Counted from the first letter of the stretch, positions 9,544-18,634 are shown. The stretch: DNA of 64,000 nucleotides from Sphingomonas sp. (GCF_045810705.1 NZ_JBJMVI010000008.1:39142-103141); one strand, 5' to 3'. Program-made: numbers and translations. Notes: generated from the letters alone by a model not told the origin.

Positions 9544-12500
9544 TTAGCCGCCGAGCGCGATCCCGTGGGCGGGACAGGCGAAATAGAAAGCGCAATTCGG
9601 GCAGTTGCGATCGCTGGGCTTGGGCGGGAAGAGGCCCGCACCGATGCTCGCGAGCTCCGCCTCGATCGCGGCCCGCGCCTTGGCGGGGACGTCAGCCTTT
9701 ATGAGGTCCGGCTTCGCTTGCCCGTCGACCAGGGACACGTGCTCGAAGCTGATCGACAATCCAGGATGATCCAGCCCGACCATGGCCAGGAGGGCTCCAT
9801 AGCGCGCCTTCGCACTTTCCTTGTCCTTCGTAAGGCGCGCCGTCTTCAAGCGCTGGATGACGAGGCCGCCGTCCCGTTCAGCGATATGATCGGCTCTGGC
9901 CGTGATCGTGGTACCGCCGACCTCCATCTTTCGGTCGACAGGATAAACCTTGCCGGACGTCAGCTCTATCGCCCGCTCCACCATCTGCTCGGCCGACGCT
10001 CGATAAACCGTCGCCAGCGGACCGTCGGTAAGGCCGAGGCTCTCCCAATGTCCGTCGAACTCCTTTCGCCAGCCCGCCTGGCGAGCTTCGGCGTCGGGGA
10101 TGGTTCGCGCCCAGGACAGTGTTTTTCGAAGGGTGGATTGAAGCCCCAGATAGGGCGACTTGGGCCCGAACCCGCCGATCCCAAGGGCGAACTCATAATA
10201 ATATTGCCGCGGACAATGCTGGTAGGATTCGACGGCCCTGATCGAGATCTCCGCCGGCAAGGGATGGAGCGGCGCCAGCGGAAGATATTCGGGGGGTCTC
10301 GGCCCTTCCTCGACCCAATTCGCGGCGGCATTGAGGGGTCGATCGAGGTGCCCGGCAATTGGCTCGAGCAGGCGCGACGGGTTGGCCGTCGACCAGCCAC
10401 CGTAGCGAAGCGGCCGCGACAGATAGAGACTGTCCTTGGCTCGCGACAGAGCGACGAAGAACAGGCCCTCCTCCTCAGCCTCGCGCCCCATCAAGGGATC
10501 ATTGGGCACGAGCCCGTCCGGCGGCGGACACGGGTTGTGGCGGTTCTGCGCGGGAAAGTGGCGAGTCGTCAGGGTCGAGAGATGGACCGACGGAAATTCG
10601 AGGCCCTTGCTCGCGTGGACCGTCATCAGCCGGACGGCATCGATCCCCGCGGCAGCGGCAGGCATGCGTCTGAACTCCTTTTCCTCGTCGAGAAGCTCAA
10701 GGCGCCGGACATGGGCGAGGAACGCACTCTTGGGGTCCTTTTTGGGCGGCGCCCGAAAATCGAACGCGACCTGCAACAATTGGTAGATGGCGAGACGTGC
10801 CTGCTGGGCCGAGACGCTGTCCTCAAAGAGCAGGCCAAGCCGCGCCCGTCCCCTGATGAACAGGCTCTCGAGGATGAGACCATGGGGCGAAGTCATGAAG
10901 GCCGATCCGGCGAGGTCGTTCGCAAGCCTGCCAAGGCCCGCACGGCCCGCATCGGACAGGTCCGGCACGTCATCGAGCCGCCGAAGCGCCTTGATCATCG
11001 AGACCTTCTCGTTGCGCCGCCAAGTGCAGAGCGCTGCAATATCGGCGAGGGAGACGTAATAAGGCTCTTCCTGCGCGATCCGAAGGATGCCCAGGCCTTC
11101 CCACTCGCTCGCGACGGAGAGCAAGGAGAGATAGTCTCGCACTTCGGCGCGCTCGAAGAAGTCGCCGAAATAGAGGCTGGGGATGCCCGAGCGTTCGAGA
11201 TGCGCGCCAAGCTTGGCAAGGATCGTATGCGAGCGCGCCAGCACCACGTGATTGCTGAACTTGTCACCGACCTTGACGTGGGCGCGGATGGTTTCGGCAA
11301 TGCCTTCGGCTTCCGCTTCGAACGTCGCAGCTACGGAATAATGGACCGACCCCCGCTCTTCGCCTCGATGGGCTTCGAGATGGGCCATGGCCGGGAGGAC
11401 GCCCTTCCCCATTTCAGCGCCGAAGCTCGAGAAGGTCCGGACGATGCGCCCGCCTGACCGGTAGTTGACGCCAAGGTCGGTGAAGGTCGCGCCCGTGAAG
11501 TCCTGTCCGAACTCGGTCATGTTCAGCGGCGATGCACCGCGGAACCGGTAGATCGATTGGCGGGCATCGCCCACCACCCACGGGCCCTGCCCTGGCGTAA
11601 CCAGCTCCTTCAGGAACAAGGCGCTGGCGCGGTTCATGTCCTGGTATTCATCGACGAGGACATGCTTCGTCTTTGCGCGAACCGCCGCGGCGACCCCGGC
11701 ATGCTCAGCCAGCAGCTCATGCGCCCGCATGATGAGGTCGCCGAAATCGGCGTCGCCGCGTTCCCTCAGTGCGGCCTGGTAGACCGCATAGATACGGGCG
11801 ACCTCGGCTGCCTTGGCCGCTTCTACGTCGCGGCTGGGATGTTTCGTCATTGCCGCAGCGAAGCGAGCATAATCGTCCGGCGTTGCGAGCTGATCCTTGG
11901 CGCGCGAGATTGCATTCAACACGGCCTTCAACGGCTGCAGCGGTTCGCGAAGGTCGAGATAATATTCAAGGCTGAGGGACGGGAGCAGCTCTTCAAGCAG
12001 GAACAAGGAATCCGACCGGTCGAGCGGCTGAAGGTTCGGCTTGATGCCAATGACCTCGCCGTATTTACGAAGCAGCTCCAGGCCGAAGGCGTGGAACGTG
12101 CCGCTCCAGATGGTCGGCGCCAGGTCCCCAATCTCGCTCCGCAACCGGCGGCTGAGATCGACCGACGATTCATTCGAGTAGGTAAGGGCCACGATCGACG
12201 CCGGATTCTCGTCATTATCGACAAGCCATTTGATCCGCGCGACGAGGGTCCTGGTCTTGCCCGTGCCGGGGCCGGCTGTCACCTGGTGCGGCCCGAAGCC
12301 TGCTTCAGCGGCCTGGAGCTGCGTCTTGTCGGGCGGCGGCGGTGATGTGGATTGAGGTTTCGCATGGTCCTCGTCCGGCAGGAGCACAGCATCGGCCAGT
12401 TGCTGCAGGATCAGGTCGAGCGGAAGCCCGAGCCTCGCTGCGAGCTCGGACGGAGATTCCGTCGCTGCCGCCCACCAGGCCTTTAGCTTCGGCCTTGGCA

Positions 12501-12921
12501 GTAAGAACTCGCGCGCGAACAGATTGGCCTGCGCTTCAGCCCGTTCCTTCGGGCTGTAGGCGTCGATTTCGCCGACCACCGACAGTTCGGGTTCGGCCGG
12601 TGTCGCAAAATCAACATCGACCGAGCTGCAGCCTCCATGCGTGTCATGGAGCCGATGATGGCCGAATTCGTGAGCGATCGTGAAGCGCCGCGTTTCGAGC
12701 GCCAGGCCCATTGAATAAAGGATTCGGTTATCGTCGCGATCGTAGAGGCCGTCAGCTCCCTCCAGCAGGATATCGTCGGCCGGAAGCGGCATCAGCCGAG
12801 TGCCGGTCGCCTCCCGCGCGCGCTCGACCAGGTCGTCAGCGGCAGGAAGCTCGCCAGTCTCGGCAAACAGTTCCTCGTGCCAGGCGCGCGCTAGGCCCCT
12901 AATCTCGCTCCACATGCTCAT
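9544..12921 (-). CDS. ImmA/IrrE metallopeptidase - UvrD/PcrA SF1 helicase - AddB/RecB-like Fe-S PD-(D/E)xK domain fusion (1125 aa)
   Basis: RRFTIAHEFGH and EAQANLFAREFLLP (Peptidase M78); AGPGTGKT, GTFHAFG, VDEYQD, VGDARQSIYRFRGA, NYRS, MTVHASKGLEF, FFVALSRA (helicase motifs); HCPRQYY...CPNC...ACP (4 Cys); ATG 12921 overlaps the upstream stop. Confidence 0.9.
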   Translation of the reverse strand: MSMWSEIRGLARAWHEELFAETGELPAADDLVERAREATGTRLMPLPADDILLEGADGLYDRDDNRILYSMGLALETRRFTIAHEFGHHRLHDTHGGCSSVDVDFATPAEPELSVVGEIDAYSPKERAEAQANLFAREFLLPRPKLKAWWAAATESPSELAARLGLPLDLILQQLADAVLLPDEDHAKPQSTSPPPPDKTQLQAAEAGFGPHQVTAGPGTGKTRTLVARIKWLVDNDENPASIVALTYSNESSVDLSRRLRSEIGDLAPTIWSGTFHAFGLELLRKYGEVIGIKPNLQPLDRSDSLFLLEELLPSLSLEYYLDLREPLQPLKAVLNAISRAKDQLATPDDYARFAAAMTKHPSRDVEAAKAAEVARIYAVYQAALRERGDADFGDLIMRAHELLAEHAGVAAAVRAKTKHVLVDEYQDMNRASALFLKELVTPGQGPWVVGDARQSIYRFRGASPLNMTEFGQDFTGATFTDLGVNYRSGGRIVRTFSSFGAEMGKGVLPAMAHLEAHRGEERGSVHYSVAATFEAEAEGIAETIRAHVKVGDKFSNHVVLARSHTILAKLGAHLERSGIPSLYFGDFFERAEVRDYLSLLSVASEWEGLGILRIAQEEPYYVSLADIAALCTWRRNEKVSMIKALRRLDDVPDLSDAGRAGLGRLANDLAGSAFMTSPHGLILESLFIRGRARLGLLFEDSVSAQQARLAIYQLLQVAFDFRAPPKKDPKSAFLAHVRRLELLDEEKEFRRMPAAAAGIDAVRLMTVHASKGLEFPSVHLSTLTTRHFPAQNRHNPCPPPDGLVPNDPLMGREAEEEGLFFVALSRAKDSLYLSRPLRYGGWSTANPSRLLEPIAGHLDRPLNAAANWVEEGPRPPEYLPLAPLHPLPAEISIRAVESYQHCPRQYYYEFALGIGGFGPKSPYLGLQSTLRKTLSWARTIPDAEARQAGWRKEFDGHWESLGLTDGPLATVYRASAEQMVERAIELTSGKVYPVDRKMEVGGTTITARADHIAERDGGLVIQRLKTARLTKDKESAKARYGALLAMVGLDHPGLSISFEHVSLVDGQAKPDLIKADVPAKARAAIEAELASIGAGLFPPKPSDRNCPNCAFYFACPAHGIALGG

Positions 12922-13538
12922 TGCTCGGCATGCGAGCCCTTGGCCCAGAGAGCCTCCCGCCACTCGGCCTTCTGCGTTTCATCGATGGCGGCCGAAGCGA
13001 GGGCCTCCTCGAAGGTCTCCGTTTGGCGAACGGCCTTCTTGCCCGATTTCATCCGTGCGTTGGCAACGGTCGCCAATGGCGGTCCGCGTAGATGATGACG
13101 CACTACTGCGAGCGTGATGCCAAGGACATCACGCAATCGATCGAGGCACAATTGCGGAATGCTCTCAAAATCGATTTTCCTCCGGAACAGCTTCATCACG
13201 AAGGGCTCATCGAGGCCAATTCGAACGGCTACGTCGGCGTCGTTGAGGCCGGCGGATCGAGCAATCTGCGTCAGCGTCCCTTGCTTCGAATCTTCCTGAT
13301 GCAGGAGATTGAGCGCATGACTTACGGCCTCCGCAGCAAAGCGCTCGGCGTCGACGGACTGAGTGATCGGAAGCTCGATCTGCTCGGCCCACGTTGCAAA
13401 ATACTCGGCAAGCTCGCTCGCATGCTCCGGAAAAAGCTCGCACCAGCGCGAGAGCGCGGCATAGCTCGGCTCGTCCTCTTCGATCGCGATATGATCGAAA
13501 AGCTCGTCCAGGTGGATGTGGCGGGGTTTAACGGTCAT
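12918..13538 (-). CDS. Protein with helical N-terminal domain and XRE/Cro-like HTH (candidate anti-sigma or repressor)
   Basis: TLTQIARSAGLNDADVAVRIGLDEPFVMKLFRR resembles an XRE HTH; ATGA-coupled to both neighbours. Confidence 0.6.
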   Translation of the reverse strand: MTVKPRHIHLDELFDHIAIEEDEPSYAALSRWCELFPEHASELAEYFATWAEQIELPITQSVDAERFAAEAVSHALNLLHQEDSKQGTLTQIARSAGLNDADVAVRIGLDEPFVMKLFRRKIDFESIPQLCLDRLRDVLGITLAVVRHHLRGPPLATVANARMKSGKKAVRQTETFEEALASAAIDETQKAEWREALWAKGSHAEQ

Positions 13539-14428
13539 GACCTGTCTCCAAGGGCTTCTTGCATCTGCTTGCGGGCAGTGCCGATCCAGGTCCGGATTTG
13601 ACGGTCTGAGACATTGAAAAAGTCACACAAACACGGCTGTCCCTTCGGTCCGGGAAGATACGGCCAACCCCATAATTCGTGAAGGATGAACGCGACGCGG
13701 TGACGCCGGTCCTTCACGGCTGCCAGAATTTCACGACGTTTAGGGTGCTTCTCGCCGGCCTCAATCAGCTCCGCGAGAGGGTCGGGGCGATCGTCAGGGA
13801 CAAGCGAGGCAGCATCGATGGCATCGCCATCGTCGTTGATGATGGTCCGGAGTGGAGCGTGGAACTTGTTTTGACCCTTGCGTCGGCGAACTGCCCTTAA
13901 TGTTTCGCGCTCGACGATGCTCTTGAAGCTGATCTCGAGAATCTCAGTCTGCCGCGTTACCTCGCTTGAGGTGATCCGTCTGTCGATCTCATCCTTAACC
14001 TCGTCGCAGATGATCCCGAGGTCAGTCTCGCTGAATCCCTGCGCGGTGTCTTCGACGATCTTCGCGGCCCGCTCCATCAGAGTGAAGAGCACTCGGCCGA
14101 ACAGGTTGCGATCGATGACGCGCAAGAATTTCAAAAGGTAAACGCGGGTCTCATCCTTGATACCACCATGCCTCGGGGCGTGGACTGCCCACTCTTCGGG
14201 CGGCAGCGCCAGCATGGCGCCGATCTCTGCCTCGACATCGGTCCGGCGCGTGTATGGCTCCCCTGTTACGGTCGAACAGGTAAGCGGGCGCACGGTCCGC
14301 TTCGTACCGCACGAAGGTCCCTGTTTGTCTGTCACGGGATGCTCAACCCCCGCCTTCCCGAAACCGGAAGAATCTTTTTTTTCGATTGGCTCGTATTCGG
14401 CGAATGCTCTCGAAGGCACCTGAGCCAT
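13535..14428 (-). CDS. ECF/sigma70-family-like sigma factor (true start possibly GTG 14335)
   Basis: Region 2-like FKSIVERETLRAVRRRK; region 4-like RHRVAFILHELWG...FFNVSDRQIRTWIGTARKQMQEAL. Confidence 0.7.
   Translation of the reverse strand: MAQVPSRAFAEYEPIEKKDSSGFGKAGVEHPVTDKQGPSCGTKRTVRPLTCSTVTGEPYTRRTDVEAEIGAMLALPPEEWAVHAPRHGGIKDETRVYLLKFLRVIDRNLFGRVLFTLMERAAKIVEDTAQGFSETDLGIICDEVKDEIDRRITSSEVTRQTEILEISFKSIVERETLRAVRRRKGQNKFHAPLRTIINDDGDAIDAASLVPDDRPDPLAELIEAGEKHPKRREILAAVKDRRHRVAFILHELWGWPYLPGPKGQPCLCDFFNVSDRQIRTWIGTARKQMQEALGDRS
14344..14369 (-). promoter_or_regulatory. Putative autoregulatory ECF-type promoter: TTCCGGTTTCGGGA-AGGCGG-GGGTTG
   Basis: 20 of 26 positions fit the pattern shared with 9494-9519 (TTCCGGTTTYGGGA-N6-GGGTTG); ends 8 nt upstream of in-frame GTG 14335. 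Confidence 0.55.
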
Positions 14429-14697
14429 CGCGAACTCGGCTACGCGCCCGCACGACAGAACGATCGCAGCCGCTCGGCAGCCGCATACGCCACTCCCCCC
14501 AACTAAACCGAGCAGCTCTAAGTGACTCTGCATCAGCCGCGGAGTCAACGGCTGTGGCCCGCGACGAACTCGCTCGTTTTACATAACATCCGTTGCCGCG
14601 GCCTCTTAGCCCGGGGTGGCCGACAACTGCAGTTTCTGCTAGTTTCCGGACTGCTCGGTGAGTTGTGACGGCCCTCGTGTCGTCAGGGGGGTGTTCC

Positions 14698-16017
14698 ATG
14701 GCCGGGTTCGCACGCCAATTCCCGTTCGTCATCGTGGTTGTGTTCGCGATCCTCTTCGCCGCACCGGCGCTGAGCGCGCCCAGCGTCGTACCTTCTCCGC
14801 GCGTCACCGCCGCGGTGGTTGTCCGTGCTCAGCCGACCGCGAGTTCCGAAGCCCTCGCACGGATGCGGCCGGGCGAGTTTCTGCCGCTTCAGCAGGAAAT
14901 CTCCGGCTGGTTTCAGGTCCTGCTGCCCGACGGACGGACCGGCTACGTCAGCAAGGCATGGGCCGATATCGTTCCAGAAGCCGTCACCCCGGCACCACCG
15001 GTCTGGAAAATCCACTTTGTGGACGTCGGCACGGGACTGGCGACCTTTGTCGAAGGGCCCGACTTCGCACTCATCTACGATGGCGGCAGCAATGACGATT
15101 ATGCGCTCGGGTCGCGCAACCGGCTCCTCGCCTATCTTCACCGGGTACGGCCGGATCTCCAGGTCATTGATCACATTATTCTCAGTCACCCGCACCGCGA
15201 TCATGTCGAGCTGCTGCCCGACCTGTTCGACGGCTATCAGGTCCGCAACGTGTGGGATTCGGGGCGCATCTACGACATCTGCGGTTACCGCTCCTTTCTG
15301 CAGAAGATCAGCACCGAGCCCGGCGTCGTCTATCACGACGCTGCAAGCGAGGCGGGAGTCCACGCCGTGAGTCTGCCGGCGAAAGCCTGCTATGGTCACA
15401 CTGCGCCGCTCAGCGTGCACATTGCGGATGGCACGCCGATTACGCGGGGTCTGAAGGTGCCTCTCGGCGCCGGCGCTTCAATGACTTTTCTGACCGCCGA
15501 TGCCGGAAGCTATCCCGATCCGAACGAGAACAGCGTCGTCGTCAGGCTCGATCTCGGCGCCGACCGGTTCCTGTTCATGGGCGATGCTGAAGCCTCGCCG
15601 GATCGAGAGCCGCCATCAATTCCTCCACGCCCGAACTTTGCCGAGGGTCAGCTGCTGACCTGCTGCGCCGCAGATATCCAGGCGGATTTCATGGTTGTCG
15701 GGCATCACGGCAGCATGAGTTCATCGCGCGCGACGTTTCTGAATGCGGTCGGGGCAAAAATCTTTGTGATCTCGTCGGGACCGAAGGATTACGGGCGAGC
15801 CGGGCATCCCGTCACGCTTCCAGACCCTGAGGTCGTGCACGAGGTGGAGAGCCGCGGCACCCTTTGGCGGACCGATTTTGACGATCCAGATTGTCGGACC
15901 GACGCCGCCAAGATCGGTACCGACGCCGACAATAATGTTGGAGGCTGCGATAACATTCTCGTTCGGGTTCCCGCCAGCGGACCGCCGCTCGTCAATTACG
16001 AGCGAATCCACGACTGA
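14698..16017 (+). CDS. Secreted SH3b + ComEC/Rec2-like metallo-beta-lactamase-fold hydrolase
   Basis: Hydrophobic signal peptide; SH3b GWFQVLLPDGRTGYVSKAW; MBL motifs SHPHRDH, FMGDA, GHHGS, ISSG. Confidence 0.85.
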   Translation: MAGFARQFPFVIVVVFAILFAAPALSAPSVVPSPRVTAAVVVRAQPTASSEALARMRPGEFLPLQQEISGWFQVLLPDGRTGYVSKAWADIVPEAVTPAPPVWKIHFVDVGTGLATFVEGPDFALIYDGGSNDDYALGSRNRLLAYLHRVRPDLQVIDHIILSHPHRDHVELLPDLFDGYQVRNVWDSGRIYDICGYRSFLQKISTEPGVVYHDAASEAGVHAVSLPAKACYGHTAPLSVHIADGTPITRGLKVPLGAGASMTFLTADAGSYPDPNENSVVVRLDLGADRFLFMGDAEASPDREPPSIPPRPNFAEGQLLTCCAADIQADFMVVGHHGSMSSSRATFLNAVGAKIFVISSGPKDYGRAGHPVTLPDPEVVHEVESRGTLWRTDFDDPDCRTDAAKIGTDADNNVGGCDNILVRVPASGPPLVNYERIHD

Positions 16018-17132
16018 TGGAGAAAGCCCCAAATTCCAAAGCTAGCCGCAAGCTCGTCATTTGCTGCGACGGGACTTCAAACCAGTTCGCACGCGATCGG
16101 ACCAACGTTCTCAAGCTTGCCTTTGCGGCCCTCAACGACCCGGCGCGCCAGCTGCTTTATTATCATCCTGGCGTGGGGACGATGGCGCCTCCCGGGGTCT
16201 TCACCGGGATCGGCCAAAAGGTCATTCAGACTGTCGGTCTGGCCTTTGGCTATGGTCTCAAGGCCGACATCAGGGATGCATACACGTTTCTGATCAATCA
16301 CTATCGACCGGATGATGAAGTTTATATTTTCGGGTTCAGTCGCGGTGCCTACACGGCACGCGCGTTAGTCGCCCTCATCGCCGAATACGGGCTTCTGGCT
16401 CCCGGCAGCGACGCGCTTGTGCCCTACGCCATTAGACTTCTGTGGAGCTTTCACGGCGCGTCGGCCGCTAAGAAGGCAGCGGCGTTCAAACTGGCGGGAG
16501 AGTTCAAAAACTCGCTTTCAACCGGCAAGTGCAAGGTCCGGTTCCTGGGCGTCTGGGACACGGTCAGTTCGGTAGGGTGGATTGCCAATCCTCTATCCCT
16601 GCCAAACACGAGCGTGCTGCCGGGGGTCGACTCGATACGGCATGCAGTATCGATCGACGAGCGCCGGGCATTCTTCCGTACCAATCTCGTGAAGGCGGAC
16701 AGTGCTCGCGACATCCAAGAAGTTTGGTTTGTTGGCGACCATTGCGACATAGGAGGGGGCCATCCCGAGCTAGTGAGTGGACTCTCAAAGATTCCACTCA
16801 ATTGGATGATCTCAGAAGCGAAAAAGGCCGGGATGGCTTTTGACGATGCACGCATCGGTACAATCCTTGGGCAAACGTCGGGCGACTACGCAAAGCCTGA
16901 TCCAAATGCACCGATGCATGATGCAATGTGGCCCATCTGGTGGCTCGCCGAGTTCACCCCGAAGAAGCACTGGGACCATGTGACCGGCAGGACCCAATTT
17001 CGAGCCAACCTGTTCCGACGACGGCACTTCTCAAGCGCGCCAGTGATAGATGATAGCGCGTGGGAGCGCGCAAATGATTATGCGAAGCGCCTCCCAAAAG
17101 ACGCAGTGAGAAGGAGTTCAATCTACCATTAG
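16017..17132 (+). CDS. DUF2235 alpha/beta hydrolase (Tle1-like phospholipase family)
   Basis: LVICCDGT, YYHPGVGT, IFGFSRGAYTAR (GxSxG), FLGVWDTV, HAVSIDERR, VWFVGDHCDIGGG. Confidence 0.9.
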   Translation: MEKAPNSKASRKLVICCDGTSNQFARDRTNVLKLAFAALNDPARQLLYYHPGVGTMAPPGVFTGIGQKVIQTVGLAFGYGLKADIRDAYTFLINHYRPDDEVYIFGFSRGAYTARALVALIAEYGLLAPGSDALVPYAIRLLWSFHGASAAKKAAAFKLAGEFKNSLSTGKCKVRFLGVWDTVSSVGWIANPLSLPNTSVLPGVDSIRHAVSIDERRAFFRTNLVKADSARDIQEVWFVGDHCDIGGGHPELVSGLSKIPLNWMISEAKKAGMAFDDARIGTILGQTSGDYAKPDPNAPMHDAMWPIWWLAEFTPKKHWDHVTGRTQFRANLFRRRHFSSAPVIDDSAWERANDYAKRLPKDAVRRSSIYH

Positions 17133-17150
17133 AAGCCAGCGGAGGGGGAC

Positions 17151-18242
17151 ATGACTAGGGCAGTTGTTGAAGAGCCTATGCTCTTGCTTGTGCGAACGCT
17201 GCACGGCGCTGGTGCATCGACAATCGGGTTCTTCTTTCTGGTCTTCGTTATGATCGCCACTGCACAGCAAGATGTGGTGGCCCGAATGAAGGCTGAGGGC
17301 ATGACACTCGGTTACAGCTCGGCACTCGCGCTCGAAAACCAGGTCAAGGCTCAGCGAGACGACGAGATCAAACAAAAGAACCAGGAAGCGTCGGTAAACG
17401 CCAAACTGACGGATGCCCAACTGGCGCTCGATGAAGCGCAGCGAGATTTCGAAACGGCGTGGGTCGAACTGAAAGCAACTGCCGACCGAATCTCTCGATT
17501 AGGTCTATGCAATCTGTCGCCTACGGAGCCCGACAGTGCAAACCTGCGTCGAGCAGTCGCATCAGAACTACAGCAGTGCGACTCAGACCCGAGCACGGGC
17601 GCGTCGAATGTCCGGATCGTGCAAACCGCCAAAGGCCAAGCGACCCAATTTACGCCAATCTCGCAGAAATACGTTGCGGCTTATATCCGTATGTCGTCAC
17701 TCACGCAGCAGCTCGCCAATACACATGCTCAGTTAGTCGCTGACCAGACGTTTACGGACGACCAGCAAAAGGCGCACCGAAGCTTCGGAGATATGAATGT
17801 GCTTCTGAAGCCCTGGGTGCTCTTCGGTCAGAACCTCATTCAGTTCCCGCCTGCGCTGCTGCAGATCCTGCTCACCTTCGTGTCAGGTCTCTTTGGAGCG
17901 CTGCTGGTGACGCTCATTCTGATCGTTTATCCGAGGACGAGGATTGCCAAAGCGTCTCAAGCAAAGCCGGTGACTAGGACATTTCTAGGCGGCCTGATTG
18001 CGGTTTGCGTCTACATCGTGCTGTTGAGCGGTATCGCTGTTGTCGGATCTGGCACCTCCGGAAGTGGCGCCGGCAGCAACTACATGGCGTTCTGCGGGAT
18101 CGGGATCCTCGCCGGAATGTTTTCGGACCGAGTTGCTGGATGGCTGTCGGAGCGTGCGGATCAGTTTTTCAGTGCCGCCGCGCATCCTGGCGGAAGAAAT
18201 ACTGCAGCATCGACATCGCCGAATACTGCAGACGCGCCTTAA
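17151..18242 (+). CDS. Membrane protein with long coiled-coil and three to four C-terminal TM helices
   Basis: N-terminal hydrophobic segment, Gln/Ala/Glu-rich heptad region, then hydrophobic helices ending FCGIGILAGMFSD. Confidence 0.6.
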   Translation: MTRAVVEEPMLLLVRTLHGAGASTIGFFFLVFVMIATAQQDVVARMKAEGMTLGYSSALALENQVKAQRDDEIKQKNQEASVNAKLTDAQLALDEAQRDFETAWVELKATADRISRLGLCNLSPTEPDSANLRRAVASELQQCDSDPSTGASNVRIVQTAKGQATQFTPISQKYVAAYIRMSSLTQQLANTHAQLVADQTFTDDQQKAHRSFGDMNVLLKPWVLFGQNLIQFPPALLQILLTFVSGLFGALLVTLILIVYPRTRIAKASQAKPVTRTFLGGLIAVCVYIVLLSGIAVVGSGTSGSGAGSNYMAFCGIGILAGMFSDRVAGWLSERADQFFSAAAHPGGRNTAASTSPNTADAP

Positions 18243-18449
18243 TCTTGATTTCTATCATAATGGCACCTTTCGAGAATAGAACGCGCCACGCTCGCGGGGG
18301 CTTAGACATAAAATTTCGTTGTCATCCCCGCGAGGAGTACAGGTGCACTCTGGATCCGAGGTGGTCACTGGTGTTTGCCGCAAAGCGGCGGCGACTGCGC
18401 GCCGGAGCGGACCTGATCGATGATCGTCTCGTCTGCTCGCGTCGACTGG

Positions 18450-18527
18450 AACCATGTAGGCTGAATAGGAGAACTCAGGGCTGTCGGGTACCAGCTCCAG
18501 ACGCCCGTCTTCGAGGCAAGGACGCAC
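18450..18527 (-). pseudogene. Remnant of a LysR-type regulator C-terminus
   Basis: VRPCLEDGRLELVPDSPEFSYSAYMV resembles the end of an LTTR substrate-binding domain; no HTH or upstream part found. Confidence 0.45.
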
Positions 18528-18634
18528 CGCTCCCGGATGTTGCGCTGCCTTACCCTTCGCCTGCGACGCCCGCGACGCCGACAGCGCCTCGCGACATCCC
18601 CTCGCCCCAATGATACCAATTCCGCAATATCATC

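Noticed and set aside
8954-9595. 213-aa version of the Ubl ORF
   Set aside because: The extension crosses the helicase stop and the shared promoter motif; ATG 9442 has an AAGGA SD
9520-11457. 645-aa plus-strand ORF, and 11557..12345
   Set aside because: Antisense shadows of the helicase gene with no motifs; long shadow ORFs are expected at this GC content
14507-14659. 9-bp inverted repeat ACCGAGCAG/CTGCTCGGT across the divergent promoter region
   Set aside because: Too short and GC-rich to be significant; does not extend
14644-14665. TTCCGG...GTTG upstream of the SH3-MBL gene as a third sigma promoter
   Set aside because: Spacing is 4 nt shorter and the TTTYGGGA core is absent
18563-18600. 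Short GCGACGCC tandem repeats
   Set aside because: Two or three imperfect 8-mers with no spacer structure; not CRISPR-like
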